In this document: positions 41,096-54,974 of the stretch, one piece after another
Layout: every line of letters begins with the position of its first letter
Numbering within the stretch: the first letter of the stretch is position 1
DNA from: Octopus sinensis
Lineage: Eukaryota
DNA: 64,000 bases
Direction of reading: 5' to 3'
NCBI RefSeq assembly: GCF_006345805.1
Contig: NC_043019.1
Span: 13,453,360-13,517,359, forward strand
Notes under the pieces: model-generated
The model's input: only the letters and a program-made list of their open reading frames with translations
Told to the model about the DNA's origin: nothing
Database searches by the model: none
Translations under genes and position numbers: made by a program

Positions 41096-42228
41096 AATCC
41101 TTTCTACTACAGGCACAGGGCCTGAAAGTTTGGGTGAAGGGACTAGTCGATTACATTGACCCCAGTGTTGCACTGGTACTTAGTTTTTCGACTCCAAAAG
41201 GATGAAAAGCAAGGTCGACCTCGGTGGAATTTGAATTTAGATTGTCAAGGTAGATGAAATACCACTGGGCATATATATATGTATATAATACCTACACATA
41301 CATAGGTATGTGTTTGTGCTTTTATATATATGCCAACACATATTTGCATACACACTGATACATATATCCATTTATATACATACAGTAAACTGGTTGGCAT
41401 TTGGAAGGGCATCCAGCTGTAAAAACCATGAGGCTGGTGGCACGTGAAAAGCACTGAGTCCACTCTGTGGGGTGGTCAGTATTAGGAAGGGCATCCAGCT
41501 GTAAAAACTGTGCCAAAATAGATACAGAAGTCTGGTGCAGTCTTCTGCCTGGCCATCCAACCCATGCCAGCATTGAAAGCAGACATTAAGCGATAATGAG
41601 GATGATATATATATTTGACTTATAATACCAGCCGTGAGAATATACACTTGATGAAAGAATATACAAAAACAGATGCATGTATAGGTATAAAATGCTTGAT
41701 ATGAAATAATTAATGTCTATGGTACATATACATACATACACACACACACATATATGCATACACACTCATATTAATGTATAATATCTCGACCCCAATACTT
41801 GATGTGTGAACATATAGATATATCAGTGTATACATACACACACTCATATAAAGTGTTTGACCTACAATAATTGATGTGTGTGTACACATACATATGCACG
41901 TATATGCATACACACTCGTATTTATATGTAATATTTTACCTACAATACTTGTGTAAAAATATGCAAATATGTATAAATATATGTGTGTTTATGTGTATAT
42001 ATCTATATGTATATATACATACATGCACACACATATATACGTACAACCGTGCATATATATATCATTTGTTTAAGCGGCAATATTTTATGATGCAGTTCAT
42101 GTGTGTGTATACACTCACAAACACATACATGCACACATACCTATATATATGTATGTGTGTACGCACCTATAAGTGTGTCTGTATATACAAAAAATATATA
42201 TATGCACACCTGTGTGTGTATAAATATA

Positions 42229-42720
42229 TCATCATCATCATCATCATCATTTAGCGTCCGTTTTCCATGCTAGCATGGGTTGGACTATATATGGCACATA
42301 AAAAACACCATCCGAGCGTGGCCGTCTGCAGCCTCGTCTGGCACCTGTGTCGGTGGCACATAAAAACACCGTCCGAGCGTGCCGTCTCTGCCAGCCTCGT
42401 CTGGCACCTGTGTCGGTGGCACATAAAAAACACCATCCGAGCGTGGCCGTTCTGCCAGCCTCGTCTGGCACCTGTGTCGGTGGCACATAAAAAACACCAT
42501 CCGAGCGTGGCCGTTTGTCGGCCTCGTCTGGCACCTGTGTCGGTGGCACATAAAATCACCCACTACACTCTCGAAGTGGTTGGCGTTAGGAAGGGCATCC
42601 AGCTGTAGAAACACTGCCAGATCTGACTGGACTGGTGCAGCTTTCGGGCTCCCCAGACCCCAGTTGAACCGTCCAACCCATGCTAGCATGGAAAGCGGAC
42701 GTTAAATGATGATGATGATG
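42229..42720. mobile_element. RTE 3'UTR with ~60-bp tandem array, preceded by an inverted copy of its own 3' terminus
   Basis: 42229-42286 is the reverse complement of ~42670-42720. About 4.5 tandem units lie at 42293-42560. Confidence 0.85.
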
Positions 42721-43194
42721 ATATATGTGTGTGTACACCTATATATGTGTGTGTGTATATATATGCACTCCTATGTATGTGTGTGTATATATGTGTATAA
42801 ATATATATATACACTCACACATACACACACACACATATATATATATATAAATGTATGCAACTATACACAAACACATGCACGGGACCACCAATTTTTGTAG
42901 GTCAAATAGATTATAATGTCCCTATTTCAAAATCATTGAGAGGCGAACCTCCTGAGAAATCTAAACAAGAAATGTCTTGTCTTGTGCTGTAGGTGGTGGT
43001 GGTGGAGGCAGTGGTGGTGTAGGTGGCGGTGGCGGCCAAATAGGTGGAATAGGTGGAGTGTGAGGGGAGTATTATAGAGTAGTGGGGAGAGAGTGTGTGA
43101 GGAAGGGGAGGAGTTATTGTGTAAAGGAGAAAGAGTAAGGAAAGTAATACTGCTTCAGTAATGGTTTCGGAACATTTTGGAGTGTGTTGCACAC

Positions 43195-43196
43195 AG

Positions 43197-43228
<32 letters not shown>

Positions 43229-43860
43229 TCACACTCACACACACAGACAATCTCACTCAAACACACATACACGCACCTACAAACACATGCACACACACAG
43301 TCTCACACAAACACTCACGCAGACACACACACACAATCTCACACAAACATACACACACACACACACAATCTCACACAAACACTCACGCAGACACACACAA
43401 TCTCACACAAACATACACACACACACAATCTCACACAAACATACATACACACACAAACACATGCACACACACAGTCTCACACAAACACTCACGCAGACAC
43501 ACACACACAATCTCACACAAACATACACACACACACACACAATCTCACACAAACACTCACGCAGACACACACACACAATCTCACACAAACATACACACAC
43601 ACACACAATCTCACACAAACATACATACACACACAAGCACATGCACACACACAATCTCACACAAACACTCACGCAGACACACAATCTCACACAAACATAC
43701 ACACACACACACAATCTCACACAAATATACACACACACACAAGCACATGCACACACGCAGTCTCACACAAACACTCGCACAGACACACACACACAACAAT
43801 CTCACACAAGCATACACAATCTCTCGCACACAGACACACACAGATACACACACACACACA
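43195..43860. repeat. CA-rich minisatellite with (A/G)TCTCACACAAAC core and higher-order repeats
   Basis: Direct reading; it is the source of the 236-283 aa His/Thr-rich ORFs. Confidence 0.9.
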
Positions 43861-44387
43861 CACATACATACATACACATGCTCATGGTTCTTAATCTCAC
43901 TTGCATATATATTTGCACATACGCACACTCAAGCATGCACACGTACACACACTGTGACGTATTTACGCACTTAAATGCACACACAAACCCTCATATGCAC
44001 GCTTATGCATAGATGCACTTTTTACACAGAAACTCACACATACAAATACGTACAGGCATGCATACTCCTAGATACACTTAGGGACACATCTACGCATGCA
44101 CATACACACACATGTATGCAGACATGCATACATATAGACACACAGCTATAGTTATCTATATACAAATACAAATGTATATACCTATATACATTCTCACAGT
44201 AAGAGATGCACTTACATATTCTTTTACTTCTTTCAATCATTTGATTGTGGCCATGCTGGAGCACTGTCTTGGGAAAATTCTCCGTAACATTCCTAGTTGG
44301 GCATAGTCTTTTATTCTTTTATTTGTTTCAGTCATTTGACTGTGGCCATGCAGGAGCAATGCCTTTAGTCGAGCACATATATATATA

Positions 44388-44620
44388 CAAGGAAGTGCTG
44401 AAAAGTTCTTGGCTTTGGGTTTTGGGTAAAAGAAAATATACGAAGATCAATCAGTAAATTATGATTTTATTCAACATATTCCCCTCCTCTCAGATTCACA
44501 CACTTATTGCAGTGGTCCTTCAGTTTTTCTAAGTCTTGTAAAAGACCTCGGAAGTTTGTCCTTCCAACCAGGTTTTTTGCAATACCCTTAAAGCCAGGAA
44601 CTTTTCGAGCATCGCCTTTG
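44388..44620. mobile_element. Mariner-type MITE
   Basis: TIRs CAAGGAAGTGCTGAAAAGTTCTTGGCTTT / AAAGCCAGGAACTTTTCGAGCATCGCCTTTG, with TA on both flanks. Confidence 0.75.
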
Positions 44621-46013
44621 TACAACATATTCACTCATACACAGACATGCACATACTAAGTACACTTACACATATATATATATAAACTCACACACATTAA
44701 GCATAGACACAGGTATGCATATAGACATTCATACAGAAACACATATAGATACACACAGATACCTGCATTCTCACTCGCACACTGATCCAAGTATTCACTT
44801 TGACATTCCTACCCCCTCTCTCTCTCTCTCTCTCTCTCTGCCCACCCCCTCTCTCTCTGTCTCTTTTACTACTGTTTGCCCTTTGGACACGGGTGGGGGT
44901 AAGGTAAGTTCATCTTTACTTAGTAACTGAAGAAGCCCACCTCATCCGCTACCTCCACGCAAACTGGTGTCCTTCTCCGTTTTTTGTTCCTCCGAGCATG
45001 GGACAATTTCAAGTCAACTTCAAAAGATGCATACATACACACACACACTGCCAAATATCTCTCTCTTTCCCTATCTCACTCTCTCATTATATATATTTAT
45101 ATATATATGTGTGTGTGTGTGTGTATATATATGTGTGTGTGTGTGTATGTATGTATGTATATATATATATAATATATATATATATATAATATAAATTAAA
45201 AAAGCATCTAATGAAAACACATTCATTAATTACAGGGTGTCCCTCTGGTGCTCTTGCCTTATTATTGCTATTATCCCATCCACCCTCCCTCTCCTCTGCA
45301 TTGTACTATATTTCACCATCAGAAGTAGCAATGGTGGTGGTGGTGTTAGTAGTAGTAGTCTTCCATAATTTAGATGTGGTCTGGTCCACTGAGAATTATT
45401 CTGCAGTCATTTTAGTTGAGCAAGACCAGACAGACAGGCAGACGCACAGACAACATAGACAGACCTCGTTCCATCCCACCCACCCCCACAAAAAAACGTG
45501 TGCGCACATACACTGTATCATGGAGGACAGACAGGATAATTAGATAACTTAAGAGAAACAAAATGTTATTTCTGCAAGGAGCACAGTGTGATGGGGGTGG
45601 GCAGAAGGGGGAAGTATTGGGCTGTGGGGCTCGGGTGGGGTGGAGTATTCCCACCATATTTATCTCTTGTTTTACTTACCGACTTCTCAAATGCTTCTGT
45701 TTGTGATAATAGCTTCTCAATATACACATACATACATAATTATACATATACATATATATACACACATATATTGATACATACATAAGTATATATATATATA
45801 CTTATCCAAACAGATCATACTACAAAGAAATACATGAAGCTGAATATGCATAGAGAGTATGTGGAGATTTATTCAAATTTATATAATATATATATATCTA
45901 AACACTTAACCGGTTTCACTTTTGATTTTCAAAACTGTTTTGTTATATGGAGCTGTGTTGCAAACTGCATCTTTTGTGGAGGTTGTTCTGAAAATTGCAC
46001 GCATATATTTATG

Positions 46014-46044
<31 letters not shown>

Positions 46045-46317
46045 ATGTATGTATACATGCAGAATGAAAGAAAATGCGAAGTGGAGACTTTCAGATAATG
46101 AATATTTAAGTATCAATATATAGAAATTTATATTAATAGATCCACCTTACACATAGAACAAATGACAGGGAAAGTTAAAGAGACTGATGAACAGCTGTTT
46201 CTGGGGCCTTGGAGATCCATCCTAATGTTGGCAGATGTAGGTCATCACAATACGTGGCATACTGGATAAATTGAGCCGCTGTCGTCACGGTAGAGAATAT
46301 CTTACATTTTAGGTCAT

Positions 46318-46552
46318 TAAGGCAGCGAACTGGCAGAAATGTTAGCACGCTGGACGAAATGCTTTGCGGTATTTTACCTGCCGCTACATTCTCAGTTCAA
46401 ATTCCGCCATGGTCAACTTTGCATTTCATTCTTTCGGGGTCGATTAAATAAGTACCAGTTACACACTGGGGTCGATATAATTGACTTAATCCATTTGTCT
46501 GTCCTTGTTTGTCCTCTCTGTGTTTAGCCCCTTGTGGGCAATAAAGAAATAG
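46318..46552 (+). mobile_element. Family C SINE with 21-bp TSD
   Basis: ATATCTTACATTTTAGGTCAT at 46297-46317 and 46553-46573. Confidence 0.92.
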
Positions 46553-47162
46553 ATATCTTACATTTTAGGTCATAATTCCAAGAAGTTCAAAGGTGGAATG
46601 GTCACAATGTACTTCCTCACATCGTTGTAGCTTTTGAATGTGGCCATCACCGCTGACTAGGCCGGCAAGCCAATGTTCCTCCTGGATTGAATGCCAGTTC
46701 ATCACACAGTTGCCTATTTACAGTTGCCCTACTAAGCAAGGTTTGCACCCCATCTCCCTTGGGAAAAAAAAACACTGGTCTTAATAGACGACCATTTCCA
46801 TGTGTTAGGTGCACGGCTCTCTTTGCCTCAGATAATAACCAATGAAAACCGGTGGGGATGCCATTAAACTCATTAGTTACTAATTAGCCATCCACTGTAA
46901 TTAAGATTGATTACACAAGCTGGTCACCTTATTACTGCTGCTGCTGTAGCTGTGCTACATTCTTGGCATGCTAAATAGGGTTTCTGTGGAAAGGCTTATA
47001 TCCCCGCATAAATATCTCTGTGTCTTGTTTGTTTTAGCATGAAGAATACAAGAATATATTTATAAGACATTTTGGCATTTTTCCATAGCTTCAGGTCACC
47101 CAAAGACTTGCAAATAAAAGTTTGGAGACATGAACTCTCATGAAGACAGCTGTATGTGTGTA

Positions 47163-47241
<79 letters not shown>

Positions 47242-47512
47242 ATATGTTTATGTATGTATATATGTGTGTGTGTGTGTGTGTGTATATGTTTATGTATGTA
47301 TATATATTGTGTATATGTGTATGTATGTATATATATATGTGTGTGTGTGTGTATATGTATAGGTGTACATATGTTTGTGTATGTGTGCATATAGGTATAT
47401 GTGTCTGTATATAGGTATAAGTATATATCTACATAGGTAAATGTTTGTATGTGCATACATATATATATATATATATAAAACTGAATCTTTATATATGTAT
47501 GTGTATATATAC

Positions 47513-47559
<47 letters not shown>

Positions 47560-47634
47560 TCAACATATATATATCTTATACATGTATGCTTGCCCAAATC
47601 TTATTTAAGTATATATGTATGCATGTGTATATAC

Positions 47635-47669
<35 letters not shown>

Positions 47670-48736
47670 ATATAAGCAGTGTATATTTATATATGTATGT
47701 ATATATGGTTGTATATGTTATTGACGTCATAAGAAAATGGCAGAGTCAAGATAGCATGAAAATATTCGGTTTTGAAGTTGTTTTATCTCGAAACAGATGA
47801 AGCTATAAATAATACAGCCTATAAAATATTGATTTAAAAACACACACTTTGGATTGGAAAACGTCAAATGCTGCCATTGGACCAAGGGTACAAGGGTTCA
47901 AATCCCATGCGCAGCCTTTGGCTTTCTTTGTCCAAAGGGTTTTTTTTAAAGCTAATGTTTACAACCTGTTATTTATAAGCTTTAGCTGTGATTTTATTCT
48001 TTTTTTTTTTTTTAGTTATTTCAGTCATTAGACTATGGCCATGCTGGGGCACCGATTTGAAGAGTTTTTAGTTGAGTGAATCGACTTATTTTCTTTGTAA
48101 GCCTGGTCCTTATTCTATCAGTTTCTTTTGCTGAACTGCTAAGTTACAGCGACGTAAACACACCAACACTGGTTGTCAAGCAGTGGCGGGGGACAAACAC
48201 ACATATAAGGTGTGGCTGTGTGGTAAGAAGCTTGCTTCCCAACCACAGGGTTTTGGGTTCAGCCCTTCCTAACACCAACCAGTGGCTACCGGGTGCTTTT
48301 CTTTCTGGCTACCAAGACTAGTGAGGCTATTACACAGTTTGCAAGACTATGCAGTCTTTTTAGTAACAATATACTGAAGAAATTGGCAAGGTTTTTACAG
48401 CCGGATGTCCTTCCAAACGCCAACCACTTCACAGTATGGATGGATGCTTTTTTAAGTGACACCAGCACTGACATGGTCACCGAGTAATTTGCAAGACAAA
48501 AGTCTTTTGAGAGGGGAGGAGGCATTGGAGGAGAGAGAGACACACACATACAATAGGCTTCTTACAGTTTCCATTTACAAAATCCACTCAAATCTATGGT
48601 AAGCTTGAGGCTATAGTAGAAGACACCTGCCCAAGGTACCATAGAATGAGACTGAACTTGGACCCATGTGGCTGGAAAGCAGACTTATTACTACATAGCC
48701 ATGCCTGTATGTTTGAGATGGCAGAATCAGTGTCTT

Positions 48737-49150
48737 AAGGCAGCAAGCTGGCAGAAATGTTAACACGCTGGGCAAAATGCTTAGTGGTATTTCGTCCGTT
48801 GTTACGTTCTGAGTTCAAATTCCGCTGGGGCCAACTTTGCCTTTCATTTTTTCGGAGTCAATTAAATAAGTACCAGTTACGCACTGGGATTGATATAATT
48901 GACTTAATCCGTTTGTCCTTGTTTGTCCTCCATGTGTGTAGCCCCTTGCAGGCAGTAAAGAAATAGGTATTTTGTCTGCCGTTATGTTCTGAGTTCAAAT
49001 TCCGCCGAGGTCAACTTTGCCTTTCATCCTTTCGGGGGTTAATAAATTAAGTACCAGTTACGCACTGGGGTTGATATAATCGATTTAGTCCCTTTGTCTC
49101 TCCTTGTTTGTCCCCTCTATGTTTAGCCCCTTGTGGGCAGTAAAGAAATA
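48737..49150 (+). mobile_element. Dimeric family C SINE with 14-bp TSD
   Basis: AGAATC(A/G)GTGTCTT at 48723-48736 and 49151-49164; duplicated body. Confidence 0.9.
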
Positions 49151-49516
49151 AGAATCGGTGTCTTGAACAAATACCTTTTGGTATTTACTTCTGGAGCAAT
49201 CACTTCCCTTCACGCCTGGTTAACTTGGCTTTTTTTTTATCCTCAGAAAGATTCGTAACAAAGTATTATGATTTGATACAATCAACTAAGCAATTTCTTG
49301 AGAATGGTGCCCCAGCATGGCCACAGATGAATGACTACAACTGATAAAAGGAAATTATTAAAATATTTTTACACAAAATCGTTACAGATTTTCCTTCAGT
49401 TTTTTTTTTTTGGTTTTAATAATTTTTTTTCTTTTTGCTGATTGCGTTAAATTACTTTAATTAAAAGAATGAAATATAATTATTAATTAATTAAAATTTT
49501 TTTTTTGTAATTTTAG

Positions 49517-49591
49517 GTATGATTATAAAAAACTCTTGCATAATGCAACATTCTGCCTGGTGCCAAGAGGAAGGAGACTGGGATCATTCCG
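49517..49591 (+). CDS. EXT1: Internal coding exon (75 nt, phase 2-2) of exostosin-1 / tout-velu heparan sulfate polymerase, GT47 domain
   Basis: T-rich tract and ttttAG acceptor (49515-16) with GTAAG donor (49592). The exon reads g-TAT GAT TAT AAA AAA CTC TTG CAT AAT GCA ACA TTC TGC CTG GTG CCA AGA GGA AGG AGA CTG GGA TCA TTC CG = [24 protein letters not shown](R). This matches human EXT1 [25 protein letters not shown] (from memory) and not the EXT2 version (ATFCVVLRGARLG). Confidence 0.95.
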
Positions 49592-51389
49592 GTAAGATGA
49601 TTTCACTTCTAAAGTTTTTTGGGGTTTTTTTTTTGTTTTTGTTTTTGAAATTCATGAAAGAATATTATTGAAGTTTTGAACAAAGTTATAAAATTCAAAA
49701 ATTTTTAAATTGGAAATGAATTTTTTTCCATGCTAGTATGAGTTGTGAAACTTAATTTTGAAAATATAACTATTTTATTTATTGTTTGAGTAATTATGGA
49801 TACAGGAAAAAAGTATGACCATGTGATTACAGATCATTTTGCGAAATAAGATGTTCCAGTTTCAATCCCACCACACAGCACACATAACCTATATTGATAC
49901 TTTTGTACATACACTCAAAAGAATCTACTTGCATATATATATGTGTGTGTGTATGTGTGTGTCAAAATAGAGGAGTGTGTAAAAAATATTTGGTATTATT
50001 TATTCAACATTACACATGCTTCATTTGCTAATAGTAATTATAAGATTGTACATGTAGGAGAAATATATAAGATATCACCTATTAGAAATTCTTCAGACAG
50101 AGAATCAAATAATGTACAAATTTGTAACTCCTATTAGCAAATGGAACACATGTAATGGTGAATGAATATGGCAAAAGATTTTTCCAGTTTTTCATTTTGA
50201 TATGCAATTACACTACAAATTTTATCTTCCTGTATTTTTCAACTCTTGTACATTCCTCACACAATTGGATGGTGACCCTATCTCCCTATCTACATACTAT
50301 ATATATATATATATATACTTGCATAGAAATATATAAACAGACCTGAAGTTGTAAATGATGTCAAACAGACTTTGACAAATTGATTGGTTAAATGGTTATC
50401 CAATTGATTAATAATAATAAAAGAAGTGAAATACAACCTATGTATGTGTCCATTATTGGCATAATGACCCTCCCTAACCTATGAGTTCACATCAAGAATC
50501 TTGTGAGCCAAATACAAAAATGAAATATATATACATACATACACACATCATTTACTGTGAGTCTTTGGTGGTGTGTGTTTTTTTTTTTTTTGTAATTTCT
50601 CTTAAATTATCATCAGCTTCATAGTATTGTATTCCCCAACATATAATGACAATTTGATTAGGTAATTAAGCTTGGTTTTATCCCAGATGAACTAAAACAT
50701 GTTACTTGAACATGAAACTTGAGTTGCTGTCAGGAATTAAACCACTATACATAAAACATATACACATACACATCACACACATATATCCCCACCCCCATAT
50801 GGATTGTATCTTGGGTAGATTTAACGTCCTGCACAGTTTACATGAAATTGGGTACCTTTATCCAAGTTCCTTCTGCTGAAAGGACCAGGGCAGGTTTCCA
50901 GTTGAAAGAACCAGGGTGGGTCCTCTGATCTTTGTTCAATTTCCTTCCACATGTTTCAAGTTCTGCTGAAAGGTCAGGGGTGCGAATCTTCCTCTTTGAC
51001 TGTACCACAGAAAGGAAATGGTTTAAATTGTGTTGTGCTTTGAGGGAAAGACACTTGGGCGACGGTTGGCTGGGGAACCAAATGTTTTTCTTGATATACA
51101 GTGTCCGTAAACCAGACAGAATGGTCTTGTTAGAAATTACTTTCAATCAGAACTGACCTGGAATAAACTAGGCTGCCGGTAACAACAATAACACAAGACA
51201 GCTGCTCTGTCTTTTGGTAGCCTTAGGCATGAAAATAAAGACGGTAAATCTTTTAAAAAATGAAATAAAATAACAGCCAGCTTTTGTCATCTTTGATAGC
51301 TTGATAGAATTTCTAGATTTTGATGTCACTTCAGTGGTTTGTTTGTCCTTTCCTTTTCAGAAAATGCCTAATAGTTTAATTTATCTTAG

Positions 51390-51444
<55 letters not shown>

Positions 51445-52075
51445 TAAATAAAACATATGCATATATATATACATATATGTACGTACCTACCTCTACATGT
51501 ATATATACACGCATATATGTATGTATATGCATGTATATATATTTATGTATATGTATATGTGTGTGTGTATATATATGTGTATATGTATGTACATGTGTGT
51601 ATATATTTATATAGATAGATAGATAAATAGATAGATAGGTAGATAGATGTATATATATATTTATATATATTGGATATCTCAGAAATATATATATATATAT
51701 ATTTCTGAGATATCCAAGGAGTGGCTTGTCTCTGAATCCATCATTTTCTGTACATTAGTTGTTGTTGTTGTTGTTGTTGTTGTTGCTTCTTCTATTCTTG
51801 TTGTTGTTGTTAGTTGTCTGTCTGCTCCTCTTCTTCCCAGGCGCCAACGTCTCCAGAAACGTCTCTGTTCTGTTCTATCTTTAAAACCATTTCCCTTTGC
51901 CCAGTCAGTCTTTCGTTTCTAAAAACCTTCAGCGTCCTTGTGTTTTTGGTGTTGTTCTTCCGTTTGCTGGACGTGAGTTAGTCTAATGTCACCAACAACA
52001 GTCGTCAAGTTAGAAAATGACAACTCATACGTACACACACACGCACGCACACACACACACACACACACACACTAC

Positions 52076-52108
<33 letters not shown>

Positions 52109-52109
<1 letters not shown>

Positions 52110-52270
52110 GTGGAGGCGCAATGGCCCAGTGGTTAGGACAGTGGATTCATGTTCGTAGGATCGCGGTTTCGATTCCCAGACCGGGCGTTGCAAGTGTTTA
52201 TTGAGCGAAAACACCTAAAAAGCTCCACGAGGCTCCAGCAGAGGGTAGTGGCTATCCCTGCCATACTCTT
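52109..52270 (+). mobile_element. Family A tRNA-SINE, 3'-truncated
   Basis: Head nearly identical to 175-330. Confidence 0.85.
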
Positions 52271-52301
52271 TCGGTCTCATTTACAGCACAATAGCACAAT
52301 A

Positions 52302-52536
52302 CTTATTTCTTTATTACCCACAAGGGGCTAAACATAGAGGGGACAAACAAGGACAGACATAGGTATTAAGTCGATTACATCAACCCCGGTGCGTAACTGG
52401 TACTTAATTTATCGACCCCGAAAGGATGAAAGGTAAAGTCGACCTCGGTGGAATTTGAACTCACAACGTAACGGCAGACGAAATACTGCTAAGCATTTCG
52501 CCCAGCATGCTAACGATTCTGCCAGCTCGCCGCCTT
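52302..52536 (-). mobile_element. Full-length family C SINE, minus strand
   Basis: Reverse complement of 46318-46552. Other minus-strand copies at ~41095-41270 and 55295-55385. Confidence 0.9.
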
Positions 52537-53034
52537 GTGTACGCCTCATAGTACTGAGGGTAAGAAAGTAAACTGCATGTAAAGTGTCTTTCTTTTATCT
52601 TTTACTGGTTTCAGTTGTTTGACTGCGGTCATGCTGGAGCACACCTTGAAGGGTTTAGTTAAACAAATTGACCCCAGTGCTTATTCTATCACCCTCTTTT
52701 TGCCGATCTGCTAAGTTATGGGAGACATAAACAAATACCAGTTGTCAAGTGGCTTTGACAAACACAAAGGCACACATACACACACACACTTGTGGGCTTC
52801 TCTTGGGTTTTGTGTATCAAGCCTTCTCGCAAGGCTTTGGTCAACCCGAGGCTGTAGTAGAAGACACTTGGTCACAGGGCTACACAGTGGAACTGAACCC
52901 GGAACTATGTGCTTGTGAAACAAGCTTCTTACCTCACAGCCGTACCTGCACCTATGTGTGTGTGTGTGTGTGACTTTGAATTTGTTGAGGTAGATTTTTT
53001 GCAGTTAGATGCCCTTCCTGTCACTAACTCTATA

Positions 53035-53080
<46 letters not shown>

Positions 53081-53852
53081 GACACACACACACACATATA
53101 TATATATACACACACACACTCACATATATATATATGCACACACACACACACACTCACACACATGTGTGGTTGAAAAATATAACTTGATACTTTTATATCC
53201 TTATTTATTTTTCTCTGAGCTCAGCCATGTCATGCAGTTCTGGGGTAGGTTTAGGTGTCAAAGGGCACGGAGCTGTGACAAACCACCTTCCTCAGCACAC
53301 ACACACACACACACATACACATGCCAACCACACAGACACACCCACCCACCAACCACTCTGTGCCTAAATTTACATTGGGGATCTGATATCGTTTATGTCG
53401 GGTGTTGATTTTCACTTTGGTTCCAACAGCCCCCAACTCCCAGGGACAGAAAATCTGCTCCCAGTACATTTCATTCAACCAACACCAAAACATACATACA
53501 TACACACATGCATGCATACATACATGCACATTCATTCATTCATACATACATACACACATGTCTCAATTAAGATTGAATTTTTATAAAATTAGTATCTCGT
53601 TTGACTCAGACATCCAAAAGAGTACTTAATTGCCTGAGATTAGTAATGTATGTGTGTGGGCTTAGTGTGGTCCTTATTATTTGTGGTAGGATGCACTATG
53701 AGGGGGTTTTCAAAACAAGGGTCAAATGAGGAGAAGCCGTAATGGAAACACATAGAAACTGACAGCAGTGGAATATAATATATTTGTCCTCTTTTCGCTT
53801 GAAACTCTTTTGGAAATTGAATTAATTTTCCAAACCTTCTCCCTATTTGAAC

Positions 53853-54325
53853 TTAACCCTTTTGATATCAGCCTTTCTGAGACTACCCTTGGCTCTATAA
53901 TTCAAGCTTCCTGTTTTAAAGTGATTGAAATTTAAGCATTCCATTGAGATTTCATGTTAATTTCTATTCCAAATGCTAACTCGTTAACGACATGGTTGTT
54001 TTATTGAATTCTTCGTTTGTGTTTTTTTAACATTAATTGAAAACATGGCAGTGTATTTCAACAGATATATGGTAACTAAAGGATTAGAGTGATCCATATT
54101 AACCCTTTAGTGTTCAGATTACTCTGTTAAATGCAATATTTTTTTACTCAAATTGTTTTTAATTAACCCTGCATTATCTTATAGCTTTTGAGGTTTCAAT
54201 GATGTGATTGTTTATTTTTAGAATGACATTGTAGGGTAGGTGTGAGAGGCCAGATATCGCCAGTTTGAATATAAAACATAGAATATTTGGGCCGGATATG
54301 GCTGGTTTAAACACTAAAGGGTTAA
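53853..54325. mobile_element. Two adjacent piggyBac-type MITEs (~53857-54085 diverged; 54103-54321)
   Basis: TTAA-CCCTTTAGTGTT...AACACTAAAGGG-TTAA bounds the second; the first is homologous to the 31.3-kb MITEs. Confidence 0.75.
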
Positions 54326-54768
54326 AGCCTTCAATGCAAATTCCTTGTTAATTTATGTTCCAAACGCCAGCTTAATAATGACCAAGACTTAAACGACATC
54401 TAATATCTTTTACTTGTTTCAGTCATTAGACTGCAACCATGCCGGGGCACTGCCTTTAGTTGAACAAATTGACCCCAGTACTTATTCTTTGTAAGCCTAG
54501 CACTTATTTTATTGGTCTCTTTTGCCAAACCGCTAAGTTACAGGGACACGAACACACCAACATCAGATATTGAAGCATCAATCAGTCTTTGGATCCATCA
54601 GATGTATCTACCTGGTACTTACATTTTTTTATAAACCTGGTACTTATTCTATCGGTCTCTTTTGCTGAACTTTTTAAGTTAATTGGGCGCAAACACTCTA
54701 GCATCAGTTGTCAAGTGGTGGTGGGACACACCACACACACACACACATACATATACATATATACATAT

Positions 54769-54940
54769 AGGGAGAGTTCACGAAAAAAACAAAAAACGAA
54801 GACAGGTGGTGTACAAAACAAACAGATGTATTAGTATAACACTCAGGAATAGAAAAAGTCTTTTACGTTTTGAGCCTACACTCTTCCACAGAAAGGAACA
54901 CAAAAAGAAACAAGGCGAGAAAAAAGGTGTGTGTGTATAT

Positions 54941-54974
<34 letters not shown>

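Noticed and set aside
42293-42560. CRISPR-like 60-bp repeat array
   Set aside because: The units are contiguous near-identical tandem repeats without unique spacers and belong to the RTE 3'UTR.
43161-44012. Overlapping 236-283 aa ORFs
   Set aside because: A CA-rich minisatellite lacks stop codons by composition.
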